Assembly: GCA_963733195.1 (NCBI GenBank)
Contig: CAVTCR010000073.1
Coordinates: 64,001 to 128,000 of the forward strand
Origin: an uncultured delta proteobacterium
Lineage (GTDB): Bacteria; Desulfobacterota; Binatia; Bin18
DNA length: 64,000 nucleotides
Direction: 5' to 3'
Both the position numbers and the translations under genes were made by a program. The notes beneath the pieces are model-generated. The model saw only the letters and a list, made by a program, of their open reading frames with translations, was not told where the DNA came from and made no database searches. Positions 29,821-39,861 of this stretch are shown here, one piece after another. The stretch's first letter is position 1; the number at the start of each line of letters is the position of its first letter.

Positions 29821-31809
29821 CTACGGTACCGATTCTGAGCTGACTGTGTTATTGCTCTCGTTGCGTTCTGCCTCACTATTCGCCGGGTCGAGCACAGCGA
29901 TGACAAAAAGCCCCGAAGCATTGCTGCCAGTTGGCAGAGTCACTTTTAATTTCTTCTTTTTCGTCTTTCCTATTTTGATACTGCTCGTCGTTGTGCTTGC
30001 CAGCGAGGTATCGCCAGCCTCAAAAGTCGAGTTCGCAGAGAGATAGAACTGTAGGGAGGCTGAGGACGCCTTTTGATTGCCTTGGTTCTTTACGATAAAC
30101 GTTCCCTTGAGCTTACACTTCTGCGTTGCTCCCGAGCCTTTACAGCTTTGTGTGAAACTTTGCCAAGTGCCGGTGAAGTCTGGACCGTCGGCTGGCGGCT
30201 GCGGTGATGGAGGACTAGAGGAAACGGTGGTGACAGCGGTGGCAGTGTCGTTTTCAGCAGTTGAGTCGGCGGTGCTCCCTGACACATTGACAGAGAGGCT
30301 GAGTCCTCCGCTCGCGGTTGGTTTGACGGTCAGCGTGACCGTTGCTTTGCTACCACTGGCAAGGGTGTTGAGTTGACAATTCACCATCGTCGTTCCGGTA
30401 CACGACCCTTGTGACGCAGAGGCAGAAACAAACGTCACACTTGCCGGTAACAAGGTGCTCATTTGTGTGCCAGTAGCTGATTCTGGCCCATTGTTGGTAA
30501 TCGTGACCGTGTAGGTAAGTTCGTTATCGACAGTCACCGGGTCAGGCGTTTCGGTAACGGAGATTGCTAAATCCGCACCAGAAGGGGCATTAGGATCGGT
30601 GACGCGATAGATATCCCCATTGCCGAGATCCGCTAGATACACTTCTCCAGCCTCATCCTCACCAAAGGTGCTGACAGAATAGGACGTATCGAGGAGACGC
30701 CCATTCTGAACCGTCGTACCTGTGCCCTTCAGCCCCCAAATGGTGCCACTGCAGTAATCACCATAGAAGTAGACGCCTTGCAAACGTGAGTACTGTTGGC
30801 CGCGGTAGACCACTCCACCAGTGACGGAGCATCCTTCTGAGTGGCTGTACTCGGCGATGGGAAGGACAAGGCCGGATTGGTTGCATGAACTATTATTGAA
30901 GCAATGCTTGCCTTCCATAATGTTCCAGCCGTAATTCTCGCCGCCAAAGCTGGCGCGTGGCTGAAAATCGATTTCTTCGTATGTTCCTTGACCGACATCG
31001 CCGATATAGAGATCGCCAGTTTGTCGATCAAACGAAAACCGCCAGGGATTGCGCAATCCCAGTGCCCAGATTTCACTGCGATAAAAGCGGCTCTGGACGA
31101 AGGGGTTATTCACCGGGACGGCGTACGGTCGTACACCTGACTCTACATCGATGCGCAGTAATTTACCCAACAGCGTCTCTGGTCGTTGTCCGTTCCCTTG
31201 CGGATCGCCGCGAGAGCCACCGTCACCCATGCCGATGTAGAAGTACCCATCGGGACCGAAAGCGAGTTGACCGCCATTATGATTGGAGAACGGCTGCTCA
31301 ACGGTCAGAATAATTTCTTCGCTATTGGGATTGGCAACATCGGGATCTGAGGTGACACGATAGCGAGCGACAACCGTATCTCCATCGTTGTTGGTATAGT
31401 TGACGTAGAAGTAGCCTTTGTTGGCGTAGTTCGGAGGAAAGGCCACACTGAGGAGCCCACGTTCGCCACAACAACTGACGCGCACAGCAATGTCGAGAAA
31501 CGGTGTGCCGAGGAGGGTCTGATTCTTGACAATACGAATACGTCCCTCTTGTTCGACAACAAAGAGCCGCTGGCTGCCATCATCAGCATGGGTGATATGG
31601 ACGGGATTATCAAAGCCGCCCAGGTAATGGGTGAGTGTAATAGTTGGAATCTGAGATTGGTCATTGCCTTGCGCGTAGAGTGAAGATTTTGTACTCCACG
31701 GCAGCAAAAGGAGAATAGTCAACTCGAGACACAAACGAGTGAGCGTAGTCCGCATACCAACCTCCATACCCAGTTTTTGAGACTGGGAGCCATGTCTCTT
31801 TTGTAGCAT
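29821..31809 (-). CDS. PQQ-dependent sugar (glucose/sorbosone) dehydrogenase with C-terminal DUF11 and CARDB-like Ig domains
   Basis: ERGLLSVAF, NHNGGQLAFGPDG, GLRNPWR; ADLAISVT...LTYTVTITNNGP; ERNESNN. The true start may be 31769 or 31754. Confidence 0.88.
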   Translation of the reverse strand: MLQKRHGSQSQKLGMEVGMRTTLTRLCLELTILLLLPWSTKSSLYAQGNDQSQIPTITLTHYLGGFDNPVHITHADDGSQRLFVVEQEGRIRIVKNQTLLGTPFLDIAVRVSCCGERGLLSVAFPPNYANKGYFYVNYTNNDGDTVVARYRVTSDPDVANPNSEEIILTVEQPFSNHNGGQLAFGPDGYFYIGMGDGGSRGDPQGNGQRPETLLGKLLRIDVESGVRPYAVPVNNPFVQSRFYRSEIWALGLRNPWRFSFDRQTGDLYIGDVGQGTYEEIDFQPRASFGGENYGWNIMEGKHCFNNSSCNQSGLVLPIAEYSHSEGCSVTGGVVYRGQQYSRLQGVYFYGDYCSGTIWGLKGTGTTVQNGRLLDTSYSVSTFGEDEAGEVYLADLGNGDIYRVTDPNAPSGADLAISVTETPDPVTVDNELTYTVTITNNGPESATGTQMSTLLPASVTFVSASASQGSCTGTTMVNCQLNTLASGSKATVTLTVKPTASGGLSLSVNVSGSTADSTAENDTATAVTTVSSSPPSPQPPADGPDFTGTWQSFTQSCKGSGATQKCKLKGTFIVKNQGNQKASSASLQFYLSANSTFEAGDTSLASTTTSSIKIGKTKKKKLKVTLPTGSNASGLFVIAVLDPANSEAERNESNNTVSSESVP

Positions 31810-32100
31810 GCACGGAGAGGACTATCCTAGCGTTGGAGGCGATCCCAGGTTCGGATTTCAGCCGACGAGCACTGCTCGGATGCAGAGAACAACTACTCAC
31901 ATTTTCTATGAGCGCTGTCTTTATACGAGGCAGGGAGATAGGTGGCAGTTAATACGTGGAACGTCTAACCCTTTCTCAGTCACGAGATGCTGTGAACAGC
32001 AGTACATAGGCAAGGCAGAGAATCCCAAAAGACAATGCTAGATCCCACCATTCCATACGTGACTCCTTCCGAACTCATAATGAGTATCGGTCTGTTATCA

Positions 32101-32115
32101 GCAAACTGCATGCCT
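32101..32115 (-). promoter_or_regulatory. Possible sigma-54 promoter facing the GSDH gene
   Basis: Minus strand AGGCAT-GCAGT-TTGC (GG-N10-GC), about 300 bp upstream of the gene. Confidence 0.4.
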
Positions 32116-32262
32116 TGTCGTCTTTTGGATGTATGATGCACGATGTGGTCGTACTCGTTTCTCTTAAGAAGGAAAATAAAGAAAAAATGAGATCAGAAGT
32201 GATAGCGATGTGGGGAAGCAAGCGTTGATATCGTCACGAGAGAAAACAAATGTAAGATTTTT

Positions 32263-32595
32263 TTGACACTCAATAGGCGAGGAGCGGTTCTACTCGTCCG
32301 TTATCCCAACTCTGATTTAGTGACGTACAAAAAGCGTCCTGCATTGGTCGTGCAAGACGAACAGATAGAGACGGGACTCACGCAACGGCTCGTGGCGATG
32401 ATTACCTCAAATCTTGTCCGTACGGGTGAGACGCGCGTCCTGATTCAGAAAGACTCCTCTGTCGGGCGCGCGATGGGGCTGATTACCGACTCGGTCATCA
32501 TGGCGGATAACATTTTGTTATCTATAGTATATGGCAATTTTATCTATGGTGTATTCTCCCCCATTCTACCTATTGTGTACTCCACCCTTTATTGA
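32263..32595 (+). pseudogene. PemK/MazF family toxin, 3'-truncated near 32515; no antitoxin seen
   Basis: RGAVLLVRYPNSD...KKRPALVVQ...VAMITSN...DSVIMADNI, then unrelated AT-rich sequence. Confidence 0.75.
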
Positions 32596-32905
32596 AGGGG
32601 TGTTAGCACCGTAGTGAGCGCAAAGAAACACGAAATGATAGTCGTTAGTGCCTTGAGCGGTGATTCTATCTTTGCCCACCTCGCACTCACGCAGAGCCTA
32701 CCGCACCTCCACCCATCCCATAAACTGCCAGCCGCCTCGCCAGTAGTGACGATGACGGCAGCCAGTCCAATCTGAGAAGCAGGGGAGAGGTATGACGCAT
32801 GCCGTTGGGTGTCGTCAAAGGGAAAGAGGTCCTATTTCCCAGCGAAAAAACAGACCTCACAGTGAGCAACTAACGCTTGACGGTCAACTGCGGACAGGCG
32901 CATAG

Positions 32906-33202
32906 TTGTGTCTACTAGAGCTACCTATGCTAGAGCCACCACTGCTTGCTACCTACTTCTTGCTTGTCGGTCTCTCGCTGCACGTCCTCGCCTTCTTGCT
33001 CTATCGCCACGATCCTCATGATCCTAAGCTGCGTTTCGTTACTGTGGTCACGGTTTTATTGGGAGTCGTCTCACTGGCCGTCGCGCTGCTGCTGTGGGTA
33101 GGAGACAGCCCGGCTACGAAGGCAGCGTTCACCTCATGCGTTCGCGCGGACACTGAAGCGCACCGGTGGACACCGGCAGAGGAACTGGGAGAGAGGGACT
33201 GA
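32906..33202 (+). CDS. Hypothetical small membrane protein
   Basis: Two hydrophobic segments; no recognised motif. Confidence 0.35.
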   Translation: MCLLELPMLEPPLLATYFLLVGLSLHVLAFLLYRHDPHDPKLRFVTVVTVLLGVVSLAVALLLWVGDSPATKAAFTSCVRADTEAHRWTPAEELGERD

Positions 33203-33205
33203 GTC

Positions 33206-33892
33206 TCATACCTTGATGTCGCTCTCACTACCACCCACTCTGCACCGTGTGTATCTTTCCGTCTTTGTAGTATCGACCGTGCGAGAAAGGAGCCTGTGTG
33301 TAGAGTCTCTGAGTACGCCAAAGCTCGAATGGAAAAAGACCACGGCAATGAGTACCCCAATGAGAATATCCGGCCACGCTGAAGTGGTGAGCGCGACTCC
33401 CACCGCAGCCAGTACAACCCCCAGATTAGCAAGGACATCATTCCGTGAGCAGAGCCAGGTCGAGCGCATATCGAGCTCCCCCGTACGGAACCGCAGGAGC
33501 AGAAGGGCACAGGTGGTATTGGCGAGCAGCGCCAGCAGACCAAACGTACTCATGAGCGATGCAGTCGGCACGACACCAGTGCTCACTTTCTGCAGAACCT
33601 CCACCAGGACGATGCCACCAAATCCGGCCATGAGCAGCCCTTTCAAGAGCGCAGCTCTCGCTTGCCAGCGCTCCCCTTTATGTAACCCATATAGGCTCAC
33701 TGCGTAGACAGTGGCATCACCGAACATATCGAGGGAATCGGCGAGTAGCGCGGTCGAACGAGCGACAAGCCCGCCGCCAAACTCAATACAGAACATTACT
33801 ATGTTAATCGCGAGGACAAGCCTCAAGACATGCCCATAGCGAGTACGCAGCGCACTGATTTCGTGGGATTTAGCTTCACAACATGCATCCAT
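33206..33892 (-). CDS. Cation diffusion facilitator (Co/Zn/Cd-type) transporter, short form
   Basis: MDACC start, STALLADSLDMFGDA, MRSTWLCSRNDVLAN, WPD. Confidence 0.85.
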   Translation of the reverse strand: MDACCEAKSHEISALRTRYGHVLRLVLAINIVMFCIEFGGGLVARSTALLADSLDMFGDATVYAVSLYGLHKGERWQARAALLKGLLMAGFGGIVLVEVLQKVSTGVVPTASLMSTFGLLALLANTTCALLLLRFRTGELDMRSTWLCSRNDVLANLGVVLAAVGVALTTSAWPDILIGVLIAVVFFHSSFGVLRDSTHRLLSRTVDTTKTERYTRCRVGGSESDIKV

Positions 33893-34252
33893 AGCGATCC
33901 TTCGCGGGTCGTTTTATCTACAATACAACACCCGACCAATCAGGACAGCACCCAGCAACAATGATGCGGCTGGCGCACGGGGGGAATCCGGTCTCTTACA
34001 CGCTAGCCCCATGGAAGTCTCGCCTTGCTCCTCACTAGGGGCACAGGCGTCCGACCGAGAGGGTTGCCCCTTACGAAAGAGCTTCCCCTCACTGACCAGG
34101 TTCTCGTTCTACTCCTCATCCTGACTGAATAATGTTCAGTGCTCCTCCTGCGCCCCTTCCTACACACTCCTGTAAGGGGAAACATCCCCCTCCTCACTCC
34201 GGCGGCTCCTCCTCCAAGCCCGCTGCTGACTGAATGATATTTAGCGTCTCGT

Positions 34253-34564
34253 GTGAAGCTGAAAGAGAAAAAGATAGCACCGATCGATGGGCGGGTGTTT
34301 ACCTGGAAGGGAAAGGCCATCGCTGAAGGGTGGAGGACAGCTTTTGTTGCGGCTTGTCGCCGGGCGGGGCTCACGGACTTGCACTTTCATGATCTCCGTC
34401 ATACCTTTGTTACTCGAAAGGTACGGGAAGGATGGGATTACAAGCGGATCATGGCGATCACTGGCCACAAGACGTTTGCGGTCTTTCAACGCTACAACAA
34501 TCCGAGCGAGGAAGACATCAAAGCAGTCGTGCTTGCCGATCCTCCCAGGAAGGCGATGGGGTAG
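34253..34564 (+). pseudogene. Tyrosine integrase, C-terminal remnant
   Basis: FHDLRHTF (HxxR), ITGHK, RY catalytic tyrosine; the N-terminal part is absent. Confidence 0.85.
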
Positions 34565-34649
34565 GGACCATGCAAAATTTTCCCACATGGTGGCACACAT
34601 GAAATCGAGGTTCTGCAGCGACCCTTCTAAGTACCTGATTTCACTCTGC

Positions 34650-34723
34650 GCGCCCGTAGCTCAACAGGATAGAGCGCCGGGCTTCGAACCCGTAGGCTGG
34701 GGGTTCAAATCCCTCCGGGCGCG
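34650..34723 (+). tRNA. tRNA-Arg (anticodon TCG)
   Basis: GCGCCCG/CGGGCGC acceptor stem, GCTC/GAGC D arm, CCGGG-CTTCGAA-CCCGT anticodon arm, GGGGG-TTCAAAT-CCCTC T arm; CCA not encoded. Confidence 0.93.
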
Positions 34724-34753
34724 CTTTCTTTGACAACAAATCTCTCACACTCC

Positions 34754-35425
34754 ATGAAACGTTTCTTCGAGCGCTTTCGTAACCGAATCGCCGCAAATAT
34801 AACGAACGGTTGGGAACCAAGCAGATTGAATTCAAAAGTCTGGTACCGCATTTGTTCCTGCCGACTCTCCTCAAACAGAAGCTTGGCTATCGTACGCATG
34901 CGTTTGTCTCTCTTCCGGTATTGAACCCTGCCACGCCGATCAACCGCGACTTCGATACTTTTACCCTCATGCCAAAACACAACGATATGGCAGCGATGAT
35001 CGATCGAATGACGTTCTCTCCGAATCAGCCTTCGTTCTACCTCCTCAACGTGGGAGAAACCCATTATCCATATGCCCTACCTGGTGAACCGGAGAGCGAG
35101 TGGCCGCGGATTCATGGCGTCCACGAGGGTCTTCAAACATCTCGACGATTTGGTGGTCGGTGGAAAACTTGTTGAAGATGAGGATGCGGTTCCGCAATTC
35201 TTCGATCAGGAAAAATTGGATCAGCTCCGTGAGCGTCAGCTTCAAGCCGTGCACTATCTCGATGACGTCTTCGTGTGGTTATTTGATAGTGTCCCACCGA
35301 ATACATATGTTACCATGACAGCTGATCACGGTGAGTTATTTGGTGAGGAAGGATACTTTGGGCACGGACCGATCAGCCACGAGAAAGTCTATGAAGTTCC
35401 ATTTGTCGAAAGGAAGATCCGCTAA
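34754..35425 (+). pseudogene. Sulfatase-like/alkaline-phosphatase-fold metalloenzyme, frameshifted and apparently missing its N-terminal catalytic region
   Basis: GETHYPY and TADHGELFGEEGYFGHG motifs; frame changes near 34795 and 35125; no N-terminal metal-binding segment visible. Confidence 0.6.
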
Positions 35426-35455
35426 CCGACTTGTCCCGCGGGCTCAAGGAGTACG

Positions 35456-36418
35456 GTGAAACGCTTCCAAGTCTTGCTGGGGATAGCGATTAGCCTAGGG
35501 TGTGGGTACTACGCCTTCCACGATGTGGAATGGGAAAAAGTCAAAGCAGCTTTTTCTCGTATCGATGCGATCGGCTTCCTCCCGGCACTTGTGGTGCTGA
35601 CGCTGCTTCTGCTGTTCCGTGCGTATCGGTGGCAATTGTTTGTGAGTCCGATTCAGCCAGTTCCCCTACGACATTTTTGGTCTGCAACGTTAATCGGCTT
35701 TATGGCGAACGATCTCTTGCCACTACGAGCGGGAGAGGTTGTTCGAGCGTATGCACTTTCCCATCTCGCCTCGGTCCGTATGAGTACTGCCGTGGCCACT
35801 ACTGTTCTTGAGCGTGTGTGGGATGCGGTGGCGGTCGCAATTGTACTTGCCGCGACGCTCTCAGGTTTTCCATTGCCAGGTTGGTTGCGTCATGCGAACT
35901 TCATCCTCTTGGGACTGTGTGCCGTTGTCCTGGTTGGTGGATGGTTCTTGGTTCAGCGAGGGGAAACTGCGTTTGCTCGATTTTCTCCGCGAATTGCGGG
36001 CCTGGCCCGACCTTTTATCAGCGGGTTCACCATGCTACGAAGTGTCCCATTAGTGTTGTGGGTTCTTTCGGTTTCTTTATTGATCTGGCTTACGTTAACC
36101 GGATTCTATTGGGTATTGTTACGAACCTGCGGTTTCAATCTTCCTCTTCAGGCAGCGTTTGTGGTGATGATTTTTACTGTGTTTGCCGCGGCGATTCCTG
36201 CGGCGCCAGGGTATTTGGGAACGTTTCAAGTCGCGATGGAACTTGCACTCCAATTCTATTCCATTCCGAAAGAAGAGGCCCTCGGCTTTTCGCTGGTCGC
36301 GCATGCGGTGCAATACTTCCCGGTTGTGATCGTCGGTTTAATTGAGCTCTTCCGAGTGCGACTACCACTGTGGCCTTCACAGTTGGGGAAGGTGGCGCCA
36401 GAGCACTCACATTCTTGA
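35456..36418 (+). CDS. Lysylphosphatidylglycerol synthase TM / flippase-like domain protein (UPF0104)
   Basis: RAYRW, NDLLPLRAGEVVR, ERVWD, PAAPGYLGTF. Confidence 0.85.
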   Translation: MKRFQVLLGIAISLGCGYYAFHDVEWEKVKAAFSRIDAIGFLPALVVLTLLLLFRAYRWQLFVSPIQPVPLRHFWSATLIGFMANDLLPLRAGEVVRAYALSHLASVRMSTAVATTVLERVWDAVAVAIVLAATLSGFPLPGWLRHANFILLGLCAVVLVGGWFLVQRGETAFARFSPRIAGLARPFISGFTMLRSVPLVLWVLSVSLLIWLTLTGFYWVLLRTCGFNLPLQAAFVVMIFTVFAAAIPAAPGYLGTFQVAMELALQFYSIPKEEALGFSLVAHAVQYFPVVIVGLIELFRVRLPLWPSQLGKVAPEHSHS

Positions 36419-36466
36419 TATGGGTCTGTAGAAGTCTTTGCTTGCCGACAACTATGGAGCGAGGGC

Positions 36467-39400
36467 TCATGCTGAAAGAGAGATGAGGAGTGCTTGCGCT
36501 TCCCGAAAATCTGCCGTGTTTTGTCCTGCGCTGAATCGCTCATAAAGAGGCCTGAGTGTTTGTCGGGCAAGATCATCCCTTACCTTGTTGCTGCCACAAT
36601 CGACAGAGACGGAGCGTGGCTCGTAGCTCAAGAGCTTTTGACTGCTGCGTTCGCGCAATTTCGATGGATTTGAGAAAACACACTTCGGCTTCGCCTACGG
36701 GGTCAAGGGTCGGGGGTCGGGAATCGGTAATTTTAGACTTTGACCTCTTGAACTTTAAACCCTCTTCCTTTGACTCTGGACCTTGGACCTTGGACTCTGG
36801 GCGATCCTTAACTTCGGACTTCGGACTTCGGACCTCGGATAGCAGTAATACTTCCCCTTTTATCCGATACAGATTTGCCTCAGGAAGAAGCTGCCCTCGT
36901 GTTTGGGCAAGTGTCATCCCTTCCGTCAGTGTCCGGAGGCAATCCGCAGTTTGTCCTGCTACCAATTGCGCCTCGGCCAGGAGCGCGAGAAAATATGCTT
37001 GCCACAAGACTGCACCGGTCGCTTGGTAGGCAGCAACTCCTTGGTGGATCTGTTCGATTCCCTCACGCCCATCGGTCAGCATGGCACGGGCCCAGCCATG
37101 CTGAATAGTACTGCAGGCGAGACAATACGGAAAACCTTTTTCGACCGAGATCGCCATCCCTGCTGCTGCCATTCCTTGAGTGGCGAGGAAATCTCGGTTC
37201 ACCTGGTGGAGTGCTGCCACATGGCATCGTGCCAGCGCGAGACTGTAGTGATGCTCTTGCTCTTGGGCTAATGTCAATGCTTTGTCCGCATAGGCATGCG
37301 CTTGGGCAATATTGCCAAAATGAGAAAAGATGACAGACAGTGACGATAACACAATCACGCTGGGATTATCGACAAAATCCGTTGACGCAATGGGGGCCGG
37401 ATCGTTCAGGGCGAGACTGTGTTCGTAGTGCTGTTGTGCTGCAATTAAATTGCTTTGCCAAAAGAATGTGGAGCCCAGGGCATTGTGCGCAAGAGACAAA
37501 TGGAGTGGATCCTGCGCAGTGCTCGCCAAGTCTAACAACTGGTGGCCCAACGCTAATGCGGTCGGTAGTTCAGCTCGAACAATAGCGAATCCCCAGAGAC
37601 CGAGCAGAATCGGGAAGGGCTGGTAGACACTGCCAGCTTGCTGCCAAAGGGTGTGGGCGCGAGCGTATATCCGTTCGACTACGATCGACGCATAGCCTTC
37701 GGTCGCAGTCAAAGCGGTTCCTAAGGCAGTGCAAAGCGCGATTTCTTGTTGCACTCGTTCAGCAGAATCTGGAACTGCTTTGAGCAATTCCAGGCCGATC
37801 GTAAAATGCTCGATAGCTTCGCGGTAGGCGTAGCGTTGAAGGGCCGTCTCGGCTGCATTGCGGCGATACTGGATTGCGCGGTCGAAGTCACGCCCACGCT
37901 CGAAGTGTATGGCCAGTTTCACAGCAATCTGCTTGGCTTGGACTCCGTATGCCAGCTCTTTTTGCTGACCAATACGCGAGTGCAGATGCACACGTTTCCC
38001 GGCTGGGATACGTTGATAGAGGATATTTTGGTAGAGCGAATGAATAAACGCATATTGCTGCGCAACCGTCCCGTCGGGCCATTCACTAGCTCCGAGGGAC
38101 CGTAAAAAATGGAACCGGCGAGCTAACTTCGTATACTGCTCTTCGACAGTCGGAATTGGGAGCGCTATCGCCGCAGCCACAGCAGCCGCTGAGAACTCGA
38201 TACCGGCAACGCTCGCGACTTCAAGAATCTGCAGCTCGTCCGGAGAAAGACGGTCAAGCTGCATGTCAATCAATTGCTGTACATTCGTTGGGACTATGGT
38301 GTGAATGTCTGCAATCTTGGCGTGGAGTTGCCACTGTCCGTGTTCTTGGCGAAGGAACCCTTGGGCGATGAGATATTCAACGACATTGACCATGAAAAGA
38401 GGATTGCCGTCCGTCCGTTGATACAGCGCCTGTGCGAGCGCTGGAAGAAATGCACTTGAAGGAAAACGGGTCGTCACGTAGGCAAGGACTGCTTCCTCAT
38501 CCAAGAATCCCAATGGAATCGTGTGACATTGTCCATGGGTAGAGAGCTCACGTATCAAGCGTGGTAACGGATGGTCACTTTCTATGATGAAATCAGAGCG
38601 ATAGGTGCCTAGGAAGAGAAGGCGGGATTGATGGTGACGACGAGTGAGGAACGAAAGTAGGTCAAGGGTAGCCAAGTCGCTCCAATGCAAGTCTTCGATA
38701 ATGAGGATCAACGGCTTTTCCGCCGTCAGGCGAGTAAGAGCTTCGGCAAACTCACGCAACATACGGTCGGGCGTTGTGCCTTGGAGAGTCCGGCGGAGCC
38801 GCTTTCGATCGACGGAAGAAATGAGCGAGGGCATTTGCACAAGCCACATCGGGGCATGCTGCCGGAGAATGGTGGTGAGTTGCTCATTGCCTGGGAGACG
38901 GCAGAGGCGCTCTAGCGCCTCAAGAATAGGGAGATACGGTTCTCCAGTCCCATAGTGTTCGATGCATTGCCCTGACACGACCCAAAACCGTGCATCGGCA
39001 GACACACGTGCGAGAAACGTGTCAACGACCGCGGTCTTTCCTATCCCTGGTTCTCCGCTGAGAAATACGGTTTGCTGTTTCCCTTGGAGGAGAGAAAGTA
39101 ACAAGGAGTGAATTTGTGATAGAATGGTATCGCGTCCAACCACAGGCATTGCCGATTGGGGATTGGGGATTGGAGATCGGAGATTGGCAACTGAGAACTG
39201 ACTAGTTTCTTTCGCTTTTGGACGTTGGGCTTTGGACGTTGGGCTTTGAACGTTGGACTTTAGATTTGAGATTTTTACGGACTTCCGAGGGGTGAGGATT
39301 GCTGATTGGTTTCCCTCTCCTGATAACAGGTTACTCATGGCACCAATAAAGCGATAGCCTCGCCACGGAATCGTTTCAATGAAGCGTGGGACCTGTGACT

Positions 39401-39653
39401 CATCTCCCAGGGTCTGTCGTAACCGACGAATGCACACTTTTAGTGCTGCGTCACTGACGTACACCTCCGGCCAGGCCGCATTCAATAATTCCTCCTTGGT
39501 AGCGAGTTGACCGGGACGATCCATCAAACAGCGGAGCACGAGGAAGGCTTTCGGCGTGAGGGTGATGCTGCGGGTTCCGAGCCAGAGGCACTGGTTAACG
39601 GTGTCAAGGCGAAGAGAGGACGATGGTGATGGTTTCTCTGATTTCATTTTCAC
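36467..39653 (-). CDS. Winged-helix + AAA ATPase (STAND-like) + TPR transcriptional regulator; frameshift near 36580
   Basis: OmpR-type wHTH (LTPKAF...FIETIPWRGYRF), VGRD, GEPGIGKT, IEDLHW, GNPLF. The C-terminus TADFREAQALL lies in ORF 36467..36658. Confidence 0.88.
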
Positions 39654-39861
39654 GTGTTACCGAAATGTAACCACAAATTTACCGTTTTGTTATGACTTCT
39701 ACTCGTAACTATGAAAATTGCCCTTTGGGCACACGCAGGAACTGTGAGCAGGGGGTCTTATAACACAGTGTACGACAAAAAGTGAAGTCGGCGTGAGAAA
39801 AAAGAAATTTGGCAGACCTCAGCGGCCAAGATGCTGACTGAGGGAGCAAGGAGGGCCAATT

